A DNA stretch of 63,952 bases, counting the filler, from Bigelowiella natans CCMP2755 (taxonomy: Eukaryota > Protista > Cercozoa): the NCBI GenBank assembly GCA_000320545.1. It is 9 parts of 9 records of this genome, joined end to end, with 100 filler letters (N's around TTAATTAATTAA, not from the genome) between each part and the next. Parts side by side here need not be neighbours in the genome. Positions count along the whole stretch, not along the records: positions 15,765 to 39,738 come from ADNK01001951.1; positions 39,839 to 48,668 come from ADNK01002952.1; 7 more parts are not named here. One strand, written 5' to 3'. This document shows, piece after piece, positions 27,920-41,426 of the stretch; within the stretch, counting starts at the first letter, position 1, and each line of letters starts with the position of its first letter. The position numbers were made by a program, and so were the translations under genes. Below the pieces are notes generated by a model, which was not told the origin of the DNA, did no database searches, and saw nothing but the letters and a program-made list of their open reading frames with translations.

Positions 27920-28463
27920 GAGAGATAGAGGGGGGGGGGTAAAATCTCCTTAGTAACATCTACCACTACTACTGCTACTGCTACTACAACTCAAGCTGAA
28001 AATGCAAATAATACTAATTGAAGTAATTCCTAGAGCAATGGGGGGGAGTTCGCCGACAATCGTTCCCCGCCGCTCAATTTGATGAATACTCACACATTTT
28101 CTTACTTACACGTAGTGCCCAGCGCACAGCCAAAGGCATCATACATGCATGCATGCTGGTGCTGCAGTGGGCCATCGCCACCACACACATGTTCTACCAT
28201 TCATCATGTGTGCCATTGTGATGATGATGATGCCGAATGTGGTTTTTAAAATCTTGCACCTCTGTGAGCACGTACTGCTTCGATTCATCCTGAGTCTGTG
28301 GTAGTCGTCGTAGTGAGGAGGGGCTCGCTCTCTCTGAAGGAGAGCTGGAGTGCGCATTTATACTGCTGGCCTATATTTGTTAAGGGAGGGGGGATAAGGG
28401 GACGGGCAGGTGTGCGTTGGTTGAAAGAGGAAGCGATGCAAAAAGAGTGTGCATTTGGAATTA

Positions 28464-28499
<36 letters not shown>

Positions 28500-29121
28500 A
28501 ATATCATTTAAACGAAAGATACCTGCTTTTTCCCATCATCATCATCATCATCAGGTCTTCGGTCTTGTCCCCTTCGATCATCGTTTCCATCATCATCGCC
28601 GTCCCCTCCCCCTCTCCTCTCCCGCGACACCGACGCTGGTAGAGAGCACGAGATATAGTAAGTGTTATATATATAATCAACAGCACCATCAGCAGAATTC
28701 GCCTCCTCGTGCTGCTGTTTTTGGTTGTTGCGTATCAGTCGTTATAATAAAAAAAGGCCTTTACACGCTGTCGTGTTATGTGCTGGTGGTAGTATATTGC
28801 CGTTTAACATGCATGCTGTTTTCCGCCGCTGCTACTACTGCTTACATTGGTTGTGGGACTTCCTTCTCAGCTTCTCTTCCCTATCTCTCTCCTGTGTGTG
28901 CGAAACAAAGAGAGACGATACCAATGTAGAGGAGAGGAGAGAGCAGCAGAGATGTGTGTACTCAGCAAGAGACTGTGTGTCTCCGGTCGCACATGCATGG
29001 CATGTGTTCGTAGGAAAGAAATCAAAGAAACCATCGATGATGGCACTCTATGCTCCTCCCTCCCCCCATCCATCCTTCTACCAAATGGACGCTTGTCGGT
29101 GAAAATAAATCGCATATATAC

Positions 29122-29158
<37 letters not shown>

Positions 29159-30419
29159 CATTCGTTCTTTTATCTTACTATAGCTACGACAACTACGATT
29201 TCGCTCCGACCTGCCACCATTGGACTTTCCAGGCGGTGAGAGAGCGCTTTTCACCCGCATTGGACGAGGAGGGGGGAGAAACCGTCACACTACTACTACT
29301 ACTACTTGCTGTTGCTGCTGCTGCTCTCCCCCCCCCCCCTTCTACACTGTCGCCTCCGCTGCTTCTGCGTGCGGCCTTGAGGGCGGTACCTGCGTATTGT
29401 ATTTGATTTGCGTGGTGATCGGAGAAACCGGGAAAAAAAGTCCTCGGGGAGCAAAGCAATACTGCCGCATCCTTAGGGTTTGTATCATCGTTGTATGCAA
29501 AGAATAGATGTGATTGGGGGAATAAGGACGTACGCCAGTTTGTCTTGGCTCGATTCTTCGACTCTTCCTCCTTCGTGAGCCGTTTATCCTTGAGAAACCC
29601 CATCGGCCTCGATAACTCGCGTGACCCTTGCCAACAATTGCAACAACAATGGTAAGAACACGTTCCGTTCGTGTCTGGGTTTGGTGTACGAAGTCGTAAG
29701 GTAGCGACTATCGAAGTTATCATCATTATCATCATCATCATCATCATCATCATCCTCCTCTAAATCAACAACCAGCTTATCATTGATGACTAAAGACAAC
29801 GGCGACATCACGGAAATGGTGTTTCTGTGCTATTTTTCATGATGATGATGATGACGATGATGACGATGACGACGATGATGATAATGATGATGATGACGAT
29901 ACGAAATAACGACGCGAGCGCCCCTCCCTCTCCTCCTCCCATTACGATAGCCTACTACTGCTCGTTTAGTAGAAGCGAGCGTGTTCGGTACTTTTGTCAT
30001 CATGGGTATGGAAGAGGTAGATTTTGCCACTATGATAGGACGTCAGCAGCTCAAGTCCGTCCCAGCTGTAGGCTACGCTTGTAGCACCGTGGAACAACGG
30101 GCTATATGGTCTCCTCCTATTTCCTCCCTCCCCCCCACCCCCCCCCTCAGTCTCTCTTCTAAATTCAGTCGGCGTGTAAATCGCCATTGGCTTGGAAAAG
30201 TCTCCGATGCCGCTACTACTGCTACTGGTGCTGCTGTTAGAACCGCGACGAAGCATCCTTCGGTCGTATACGCGCGTGTGCTCATCCTTAGTTTTACCGG
30301 TGTACAAATCAAAAAAAGGGAGAATGAGAAGAGACGTGGTGGCGGCCCTATCACTAGCGTAAGCAGATAGGAGTATGCTATTAGCTTTCTCCAGGTTGAG
30401 ACTGAAGCTAGAGCAGCAA

Positions 30420-30454
<35 letters not shown>

Positions 30455-31705
30455 ATAGTAGTAGGAGTGGGTAGTAGCGTACCCGAGCCGCCACTGCGAT
30501 CTGATAGGAATTCATGGGGTTCATGGAGAGCGACATCATCCCGACAGTTTTCCCCTCCTCCCCCTCCAGCTTCACGAGAGTCCTACAGCCCTGCAATTGT
30601 TACGAGAGCAGTTTGATGGGAAAAGAAGAGGGGATGAGAGGCTGCCCTTGCGCTCTGTTTGGTGTGTGTGTCGGTTTGACGGGATTTGCGGTATATTTTG
30701 CCTCTGTGTGTGTTAGTCTGACGACACTACTTGCATGGGGGTTGAGCGCAAATCAGTGCTTTTCAGAACTCCATCCTCCCCACAACTGAACAGCATGTGG
30801 CCTGATTCGAGATCGTTTGCAACCTTTGCAAATGGCACAAGGGTGTGTAGGAGGAATAGAAGCACTCAAATAAGAATGTTGAAGACCGCACTCGCAACGT
30901 GAAATCCAAACTCAATATCATCATCACCCCGCAAAACTGCCGAAAGCAAATAGCATTGGCGCCGCGATAACAGCATACATTCGAGCCTTCTCCCTCCTCA
31001 AACAATAACTACAGCATCTCCTCTACTTTTAACCGTTTCTGAACTTATAATTACATTCTGCTCGAGTACCTTATGCGCCATCCCGCTATGCTCCGCCACC
31101 TTCGACACCATTCCTTTCTCAAGATCCGTCACCCTGACCTTTTATTTAGCATAGTAAGATTCAGCACCCCGCGCCATGAGAGGATGCATTGTCTTTTTGG
31201 TGCCGCAGCGCCTGGATGGCCAGGGTTCATACTACTGCCGAGGTGCATACACGCGTATATACTATCCGTTGGCTTTTCGTATTTGTAGCGTCCTCCCATC
31301 TACTCCCCTACTCGCTCACTTTGGGTACCGTACCTCTCCATCCGCAGCGCAACTAGCAATCTTTCGATCTCCTGATAGTAAGCGGGACGGAAGCAGGGTA
31401 GGGCATTGTCTTAAGTGCATTGCGTTTTATGAGTTTACAGGCTATCTAATCGTAAGCAAGCAGGTCTTTTATGATTGAAAGCTGCGTGAGACACTGTATC
31501 ATCCGCCCCTCCCCCAACCTTGTTCCTAACCCACGTTCTCACCAGAATGGTGCAAGAAAATTGCGTTAAAAATGTTGCCAGTATGCGAAGTTTGAAGACG
31601 GGCTAATAGCTGCTTCTTCCCCCCAGCGTATCTAAGCAAGATTGAAGTGAACAACGAGCGGCAAAAGAAAGAAGCGGTTCTTTGTGTCCTTACGTATTCT
31701 TTGGG

Positions 31706-31760
<55 letters not shown>

Positions 31761-32605
31761 ATCAAATATATTTTTAGTAATTCTTTCGAACGTACGGGTT
31801 GTAGATATGAAGGCATGTATCATCACTGCCTGACACCTAACCAATAGCCATGAAGAGGATGTTTAACAAATAAGGAAGACGATGAGGGTGAGCAAAGAAG
31901 ATATCGCGAGAAGAAAATCGACAATATAGTGAGTATGCAAGGATTTGGTCAATCGAGTCATTGGAATGTAACAAGCTCCCCTTCCACTTCACGAGCTTAA
32001 ACATAACTAACCAAGAGATTTCCTTGCGAGTTCCACCGAATAGTGTTGACACATCCTCCATGTTCTAATCACGATCGTCATCTCAATTGCTTGATTCTAC
32101 GAAAAGGAATACTAAAAACCTGGTTGTAACTCAGAGTCCAAAAGCAGGCGTCGAACAAAGCATTCGTGACTTCCCAAGTGCCTTCTGTTCGCGATACCGG
32201 AGCGACGCCTGCACAAGGATTCAGATTAGAGAGTTGAAGGAAAAACCTTGTTCGCATGCCTCAAGACAAAGGGCTGTGAGACGTGTGAAAACCTTGAAAA
32301 TTGGTTCTTCAAAATCGACAAGGCGATATTCCTTTGAGGACTACTTCGAATGGAGGCACGTGGTGATTCCTGGGGAGAGCTCAATGTAAGTTGCAAATAA
32401 AGTAGAAGGATAAAGAAAAGAACACCTTCGCATCCTCGTCGATCTCCATTGCCTCTTCCCCTTCCTGAATGTTAATCCAAAAGGCTATCAACTTTACAAA
32501 TCCACCTTATAGCTCACCGCACCCCCAATCTCCGAGACTCGAAACAGATGACACACCCATTCCGAACATTAATGAGATACCCACCTTTTTGCTTCCATCG
32601 TCCAT
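25280..32605 (-). CDS. DCAF8/DCAF6/WDTC1-like WD40 DDB1-CUL4-associated factor
   Basis: Exons GSHECFVRRLLLDSELQP|EHGGCVNTIRWNSQGNLL|VSGSDDTCLHIYN, SHTGNIFNAIFL, DRKIASCAADGE|VRV, TRVYDRR, ATSVAYSWDGLELLTSYHSGKIYLF, YTGHLNVRTVKE|VNFYGPRSDHVISGSDDGN|IFIWRK, LLEGDDDVVNVVQ and LATSGIERTVK. The 3' end is approximate. Confidence 0.9.
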
Positions 32606-32927
32606 TGCCAGCGGCACTTTAAGTTGTTTCTCTTGTGTCTCTTATTGGAAATCAAAACATCGAAACAATATCTGAAAGAATCATTTCATTTCCAGGAGAG
32701 CTTTCTCTATTCTTGCAAGATTAGCAACGCAAAGCTAAGTTAATGTAGGATGTTACCAGCTATTGATTTGGAACTTAAGTTACGATCGACTTCGGGCTAG
32801 ACTCATTGTTGTTATTGTTGTGGAAAATGTTTTTTTTGGAAAACAAATCATCCGGAAACTTTCCGAAGATCACAAGCAAGCTCTACCAGCAACTATGGAG
32901 GCAGCAAGTGTTCGCTGAACGCTGGAA

Positions 32928-34381
32928 ATGGACCATGTTCCAGAGGATTCTCAAGAGAGGTTCCTCTTCCCTGCCTTCTAATTTATCAAAAATCAAAAGA
33001 GAGGGATAGATTTGTGTCAGTACACTATATTTGCTTCCCCATGTCTCAGGTAGCAAGCCTGTCAAGGCATTTTTATCATCCCCCAGGGCGAATTTGCGTA
33101 CTGTGAGTTACACTATTTGGCAAACCCGGACATGTTTCTTCATTTTTTTGTTGATACTTTACGTGGTTTTGACCACGTGTACGAGCATATGGGGCGAGAA
33201 AGACATTCGACAGCTTACACCAATCAGTTTCGAAGAATATCAGCAACGTGTCCTATCTAAAGCGCAAAGAATGGCGGATGTCAAGAGTAAGATCGATCTA
33301 ACTAAATTGTTTGAGAATCATTTCCTAATTTTTACTATTTTTATGGACCACACAATAGATAACTCTTCAGACTTCTTCGTAACCAAATATCATCATCACT
33401 GTTTGTCTCCTTCTGACTAATTAAATAGCTGTTCTGCGACAAGACGTACAGCCGTCCTGGCTAGCATTGAGTTCGGACTCCTACTTGACAGACAAGAAGT
33501 TCTATCTTGCTTGCTTCGCGATCTTTAGAAACGAAGAGACTCAGCTGGAGGAATGGATAACGCACTATCTTAGTACTGGCGTGGAGCACTTCTTCCTCAT
33601 AGACCATGGGCCTAGCACTGATTCTTCGGCCAAGATTTTAAGCAAGTTTAGCAAGGAATTGGTGACGCGATGGGTGTTCACCGATCGTGATCCAGGCGCA
33701 CAGGCGCGCGCATATCACAAGTTCTTTCCGCAAGTGAAGGCACAGACAGAGTGGATGATAATGGCTGATGTTGACGAGTATGTGACCACCGCCTCAGGGG
33801 AATCAGGGCGCGCAACGCTCCTAAAGCACTTCGAACACAAGGCCGATTATGTGCAGATCCCAGGGCTATTTTTTGGTAGCAGTGGTCTCAAAAAGCAGCC
33901 GGAAAACGTCTTATGTCATTTTCGAAAGAGAGGCAACTACTCTCGTTGGACGAAGCATCGATGGATGAATCCCGCCCTCACGAAGTATTGGCTTCGGACG
34001 AGCGTCATAAAACATGTGGCAGACATCAACATCCACCATTCCTATAGCATTCCAGGGTCGCGCAGATACTGGTCGAATGGGACAATGATAACGAACGAGG
34101 CTATTTCTGTTCAGCTGAATGAGTCATCCATAGCCCACAACTTCCTTCTACTGAATCATCATTACAGGATAATGTCAGAAGAGTACTATGTTGATATTCG
34201 TGGGAAAAGGGGTAATGTGATGGCTGGCAATTTTACCCTGACCAGGGAGCACGCACTGCGAGAAATGCGAGCGTATGATGGCATCTACAATGACATCGTA
34301 GATACTACTCTTTCTCGCAACAGCCCGTACTGCCTTGACTTCAACCCAAGAAATCAACGACGTGTGATCGAAGCAAAATAG
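32928..34381 (+). CDS. Type II membrane glycosyltransferase, GT92/GT2-like (GT-A fold)
   Basis: Catalytic exon: YLACFAIFRNEETQLEEWITHYLSTGVEHFFLIDHGPSTDSS..QARAY..WMIMADVDEY (DxD). An upstream exon carries a TM helix, TCFFIFLLILYVVLTT. Two short 5' introns are inferred. Confidence 0.85.
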
Positions 34382-35653
34382 CTATGACTTTTATGACAGC
34401 AGCAGAAAATGGTGACAACAACGACCCGGCTCGTTCAAATAGCAATTCGATTATGGTGCATGTCTAGCATGTTCTGTCATCAAATTCAGCTACACTGTTC
34501 TCTTGGTGACGCATGAAGTGAATGTTTGTTGCTCTCGTCGCATGCGCGGTGCACATGTACGCACATTCGGACCTTGCTAGCTCATTGCTCATTGCACCAA
34601 CTCCAACTGCCCCGGAAAGAATATCTTCATTTTGCTGTGCACATCAAGTGCAATGTGTGTGACATCCCAACCTGTGGGTGTAAGTTAATGGGTTCTTCAC
34701 TGACACGCACCAAACACTGCTACGAAAGAGCCGCAAGTTCCACAGCGCGCAGCCGCACAAGCGTAGTGGTTCCACCGCCTCATGCAGTTCCAGTTCTGAT
34801 GATCACTGAAATGCATGTGTCACCCTTCTTGTCGACGTGGCCATGACTAGATGAAGAACTGAGTGAGTGCTGAATCCTGGGATGGGCAGAAGGAGAAAGG
34901 TGTGGGAGAGAGTGCGAGCACTGCACTGCCTTGCATGGCGAGTTCCACTTTTTTTGGCACTGCTAGACTGCATTGACCATTCCTTGCACTCAGAAGGTCC
35001 ATCGTTGTCTTCAGAGTCATCCAGTCGTTGGCCAGATAGCCAGAGTGTGACAGAGAGGAGGGGAAGCGGAAAAGGCATGAAAGCATTGCTCGGGGGGAGA
35101 ATTTGAAAACCGACCAAGTTCCGACGATGCCGGCGTGTCACCGTGTTGTTGTTGTTTACTTTTTTTTTCAGTGAAGTCAAGGGTGTTCCCACACACAGTG
35201 ACAGACTGATGCGACAGCACAAACAACAATTACATGCAATTTGGTGCACATTGGTCCATGCTTTTGGTCCGTGCTTGAGCGGTGTTTGACGTGCTGTGGC
35301 CCTTCAAGTGGTCAATTCAACAGCTGGGATTTTCACACAAAGTGCGCAATTTGTCACGACACTTTCCTTCGCAATCGTTCACCTCGCATGCTCTTCATGA
35401 GTGACACAATGTGGTGATGGAAAGAAAGAAAGAAAAAAGCAAGAGACTTGTTCATCGTTCACCCTTTTCTGAACACGATGCAATGACGCTTGGTTGTGGT
35501 TCCCAACCTGGTTCGACTGACACACCACGTGCACCATGTGTGCACACTGAAAGACTTGAAGAAGAAGAAGAAGAAAAAGAAGAAGAAAAGCTGGTTCTCA
35601 TCTCCAACAGCCCTCCCACACAATCAAGTTTGCCCGTTCCCCACTGCAAACGT

Positions 35654-35760
35654 TGGATCTGCTCGCAGTGCACGACAATGAACAATGAACAATGAACAAT
35701 GATGAAAAACCACATCTCCAAAGTATGACATGAAACTAGCAACGTGCGAAATGCAGTGCC
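35654..35760 (+). pseudogene. Decayed RanBP2-type zinc-finger fragment
   Basis: WICSQCTTMN is followed by tandem ACAATGA copies and a stop; ATCEMQC follows out of register. It lies inside a TpA-free tract. Confidence 0.4.
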
Positions 35761-36668
35761 TGCGAACTCGCTTCAGTGAGGGCCTGACCAGCAAGCCAGC
35801 GCGGAGTTCGTACAAATTGGCACGAACTGAACATTGAATGCATCACAACTGACAGCTGAGTGACGACGACGCAAAGCATCCCATCCCGAGCAGGAACTTC
35901 CTGACAGCCACGTCCACACGGAGATCAACGTCAGGGACCGTCGAAGGAGCGCCGAGCAAGGTTCTGGTTTTGAAAGAATCCACGAATCATTGTATCAAAA
36001 AAATGAACAAGAGCACGCAGGAGATGTAGGGCCGAGAGCTGCTCTGATGCTGGAGAACAATTGAGTTCTCACAACATTCAGGTGAGCGCAATGATGAATG
36101 AGGTGGTTGACACGTTGAACAACACCGGCATGTCGCTGGATCGCACAGAGAGCAGACAGAGGATGAGGGGGGCAAATTGTGAATTTTGGCCCTGAGTTCT
36201 TCAGTTTCGTGAGTCCCAGCACGGAACTTGAGTTGCAAAAAAACACCCAAATGATCGTGCCACTCATCAAGATGGCGTTCAAAGAGTCTGGAGGCTGGCC
36301 CACCAACGTGGCTCTTGGCCCAAGCTCTTGGTTTGGAAACGGGCTAGCGGGGGCATCGGGTTTGATGGACAAGTGAGAGCTACAACGCAAATTGCCATTG
36401 GTGGACAGCAGAGCCCTGACTCTACGGTTTAGGTCTAGATCAACAAGCTTGGGACAGGTCTGATCAAGGTTAGCCAACATGTCAAACCCACGCGCAGAGA
36501 GGCCAGCACGATGCGGTGAAGGATGGACAGCAAATGTGGATGCGGTTTTAACGGTTCTACCGGTGTCTAATTGTCGCACTTAGTAAATTCCTGTGTTTCT
36601 TTAAAATTTGGAAAGTCTATCACAAATGCTCACAAATTCAACCTCGCGACATCTTGTGTGTGATGTCG

Positions 36669-39597
36669 CATGTGTCCCTTTGAAGCAGAGGTGCTGCTTG
36701 GACTACCTCGATCGGGCTACAAAAAAGATCAGGTCATTGAAGCCGGTAATGGCGGCGGGGAGGGGACACGTAGCATGGATACTTCCACCCTTTTTATCCC
36801 TAAAGAATATGTGTTGATAGCTGGATGTAACCGCATGATGTTTATCGAAGCAATGAGTATTTTGGGCTGCTGAAGAGCGAGCGTGCGTGCATCTCACATG
36901 AAATGTCTCTTTCGTTTTCATGACTAAAAGAAACACGCTTCTGTGGACGAGAGATTGGCGATCGCCAGCAAATCCGTCGGTTATCACTGAGCGTACGTGA
37001 AAATCATCACATGTCCTCGTTTTTTGGATGTGGGGTTTGTTGGCGCCGTCCTCCTCCTGGCCAAAAACGTGAGAATATGGAAGCCAGAAGGGTAGGTACA
37101 CTGTTCACCCACAGCTCTCATTGCCGTGGATACGAACGTAGTATAGTATGTAGCAATTTCTAGCGGTACATGGATACGAATCAGATTGTAATATAGTTGG
37201 AAGCTGCGTGACTACGAGAGAGGGAAGAGGGGAGGGGGATTTCTATTGCTATCATGAAAGTGCTAATTTTCACCACGTTTACATGTCCCAACGATTGTCT
37301 GTGGCCTGCTATATCAATAGGTACTAGACATGGCAACTTACTTCGACCACGATAAAGACGGCCTGATTACGAGGTATGCGTCGCCAACATGCTCAAAATC
37401 AGTATTTTTACTTGCCAGCAGAAAGCAGGCTGGGGGGGGGCGGGGAGAAAGCCGATTCGACGTTTTTAAGTCTAAAATCGACACATGAAGAAAACTGCCA
37501 CCACAAAGTATAGTTGGTATCTTATACAAACTTTTGAGAAGGGCTGGAACGACATGATTTTGCTGCTAAATAGTGACGGATTCACCTCCTAAACACACAC
37601 TTCCCCATACAGGGAAGGCTTCGATGAGTGGATGAAATCTATCTGTAACATAGACGATAAAGAACGACAACACGCTTGGTGGAGGTCCCTCTACTGTGCG
37701 TGTTGATTCATTGAATACCAAATAATGTCACTACTACGACGATGGTTGGAATGCACCCAAATCTGAAGTTCGGTTAGATGACTGGGAGAGAGAGCACCTG
37801 TAGTAGTGCTCTAGAAAAGGCGCTCATTTACACCTCGGCTCTATTCACATCATCTAACAAAAAAAGGTACATCTGCGTTACTTCTCTCGGGGAACATATG
37901 GACACGAAACAGCAGGAATTGGATGGTACGTTTATCCATTAAGTTACATGTTTCTTCTATTCTTTATTGGGCTTCCCCCCCCCCCCCCTCCCCCCCTTCC
38001 CCCCTCCCTGTTAGAGCGTAAACTTGACGTGGAGGAGTTCGCTGAGTTTATACTCAATCAAAAGAAATATCGGTCAGTTTATCACTTGTCGCCCGAGAGT
38101 GTGGCATATTTGAACGAGAGTCTGGCTCTGTGTGAAACTTAAGTCCGAAATGTGTGCGTGCAGAAATCAGTTTTGTCATGGAAAGCTGATTCTATACCCT
38201 ATTCAAAGCAAAACAAATCCGTTGTGCTCTTATGTCGTACTCACCGCCTCTTTCTTGCAGCAAAATGTTAAAGCGTTTCAACCGGCTCATAGCGTTCAAA
38301 AAAGAGTCGGGGGGGGGGGGGGAAGCGCGATTGGAGAAAGGTAATCATTCACACAGATTTTGAGAAGAAGGGCTTTTCCTTACCCTTTCCGATGAGGAAA
38401 ATGTTTTTTTTCCACAACATGAAATCATGATGATAGCACAGTAGTGATATATATTTGCATTTGTTCATGCAATCCTCGACGTGTATTATCAGTATGTCTT
38501 ATTTACTTCATTACTGTCTTCTCTTTCTCTCTCTATTTCCCTCTCCCCCCTCATTATTGCTACATGTACAACAACTGCAGCTCCTCTTCTCTATCATCTT
38601 CCTCGAAAGAAGAGGGCGGGAACGATGGGGCATGCGAGAAAGAGGTACAGGGCCAAAACGAGAGAAGAGATGTGTGTGTGTGTGTGTGTGTGTATTATTG
38701 CTGCTACTGCTGCTGCTGCTGCTGCTGCTTGCTTAATCTGGGACATGCATTTCGCGAGTACTCGCGCGATGACCGCTGATGAGATATCAACGAATCTAAT
38801 TGAATGATGAGCGGTTTTATCAACCTCATATTTGCGTCATGAGAAATGCCAGAAGCAGACGGTTACGTAGTACCGTGATGGTATTGACTCCAACGAAAGG
38901 CGAGTGTCCCCGCCGCTGCAGATGCCTCAGTGCCAAAGCAAGCATTGATTGGGTGGTGCTATGTGTGTGACAAAGGCCTCGCGAGACTTTGATGATACCG
39001 CTCGGACAATGCCATTGGTTGTTAGGCCCTGCATCTTGTAGCGATTTGAGTGTATGTCTTGGCTCTCACAGTTGTGTTTCGGTGTGTTATTGTGGAAAGA
39101 CGGGTGCGTCTGAAGAAAAGGAAGGCCGATCCGCTCTCAATGGAGGCGAGGATGATGGCGAGAGAAAACCGACGGGTACTCAGCAATTTAGCACTGATGG
39201 GACGAAACGAGAGAATGCGGCTGGCGATCGTGTTGGCGTTGATGATTTTGTTCGACTGTGCCACTGATGGGACCCTGGGATGGTTGCTCTTTGAAGTGTT
39301 AGATGATAAGGAGGATGATGATGATTTCGTCGTGAAAGAGGACACTGGCAGTGAAGATGATCATGTGAGAGCACATTATAGTAACGATATAAATGAATAT
39401 TTAAATAGATAAATATATGATTGTATATTGCTGCTGTATTATGCTGCACTAAATCCTCATGGTAATATGATGATGACAATGATGCCATCATCATCATCAT
39501 CATCACCATCATCACCATCATTATCATCATCGTCGCCATCCTCAGTGAGTTGTCTTATAACACATTAGGAGGTCATAGACACCATGAAGGAGGAGGT
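36669..39597 (+). CDS. Multi-exon EF-hand protein (ends uncertain)
   Basis: Exons VLDMATYFDHDKDGLITR|EGFDEWMKSIC (canonical D-x-D-x-D-G loop), LD|ERKLDVEEFAEFIL and an acidic C-terminal exon. Confidence 0.55.
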
Positions 39598-39838
39598 GGG
39601 GGGCGGGGAAGAAGAGGAGAAAAAGCTTCCTCGCCATACTAAGCCTACTGCTCAAGGTGGTCAATACTATTGCATCATTTATATGCATGATAAAGAGAGA
39701 CAGGGGGGAGGGATTTATATGCATGATAAAGAGAGACANNNNNNNNNNNNNNNNNNNNNNNNNNNNNNNNNNNNNNNNNNNNTTAATTAATTAANNNNNN
39801 NNNNNNNNNNNNNNNNNNNNNNNNNNNNNNNNNNNNNN

Positions 39839-40517
39839 TCAAACGTACCTCAGCAGCTCTTCTTCTCCTTCCCCCGCGAGCTCCCTGCAGGCACGACGCG
39901 CATTCACGCAACAAGGAGGACATACAGACAGAGAGAGAGAAGGGAAGGAGGAGGGAGGAGTTTGTTCGAGGAGAAACATAAATGCCTCCACCAATAATTC
40001 TACTGCAAAGAAAGTAGGAAAAAAGACGCAAAGGTAGTTAATCCAGCAGATGAGCACACCTCGTTCTGTCCCGCACCATCTGCAGCTCAAAGGCAAAGCT
40101 CTCCTTGGAGCCCTTCCCCTCGCCCCAGAGCCTTGATATCGGGGTGTCCCCTATCGAAGGAGGGGGGGCGCTTACAGCCGCGTGGAGACGGCGGCCGCCC
40201 CCCGCCTCAGGGGAGGGGCAAGGACGGAAACGGCTATGCTGGATCGGAGGCCCGAAATCATGGTGGGGATAATCGATTTGGTAGGTCGTGAGCATCGACG
40301 ATGATATCACCAGAAGAAGGCCAAGGGTTATGTGCGGTAGAGGCCAGTCATTCATCGGTATTGTCGCGATAACAGCAGTAGTAGTAACAGCAGCAGCGGC
40401 AAGAGCAAGAGAGTGGTGGAAAAGAGTGTATGTATGAGCCGTAATCAACGAGGTTTTAGCCGAGGTGAAAGCGAGCAAAGTGCCACACTCAGCGCTCATA
40501 AACACAAATCACGCCCA

Positions 40518-40593
<76 letters not shown>

Positions 40594-41377
40594 AACACAC
40601 AAATATATTTGTAATACACAACACATTTAGATAGCACCCACACCCCGCATCGACACCACCGCCACCACTACCACCTGCCCGGTCTCTCCAGGGGAAGTGA
40701 ATACCTCGGGGGAGGGGGGGGCGGCAGCGGCCGTCTTAAACGTCATCTCCATCGTGCTTCCCGACACCGCCTTCGCCTGCCACGTTGTATGTATTTTGCA
40801 GATACTTCAGCAAAAAATGGTGAAGTTGGCAGCCTTCCTTACGACGACTACTCCTACTCCTACTGCTGCTACTTCTAGCCCCCCTCCAATTTCCTCAAAT
40901 TTGAACTCATCCAGATACACTTCGGATATATTCGTAGCATAACTGGGGGAGCCATTTATAACGCTGTTTTCTGCTAATAACGCCGCACATTATCTTGTTC
41001 ATATGGATTGTTGGGTTCTCCTATCTTCTACAACCTTCGCGATGGTGTCAAACAGCTCCTTGGGAGATATGCTACTAGGGTCTATTGGGTGGCCGGCGAT
41101 GCTGGCGATTTGCTGTCCGGCCCTCACCCCCAGACGCTCCGCCTGTTGTTGTTTTGTTGCGTATGCGGGGGGGTTGTGGAGTGTGGAGGAATATGGGAAA
41201 TTATTGATGTGGCATCGGGCTCATATTTACATATGTTAAAACAACGAACCTGCGAGCCCTCGTTAACTTGCAGCACGATCGCTGATTTGAAGACAAATCC
41301 AAAGGGCTCCGTGGTGGAGAACAGAGCGCGCCGCTCCTCTACTTCGTCGTCCTTTGGTTGTAAGGGCGTGGTGTGTG

Positions 41378-41426
<49 letters not shown>

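Noticed and set aside
34400-36400. Explanation by CpG methylation decay or RIP
   Set aside because: CpG is retained and TpA is lost, the opposite of what C-to-T processes produce.
35995-36579. 194-aa minus-strand ORF and other long ORFs in TA-poor tracts
   Set aside because: No recognisable domain. Loss of TpA removes TAA/TAG stops on both strands and inflates ORF length.
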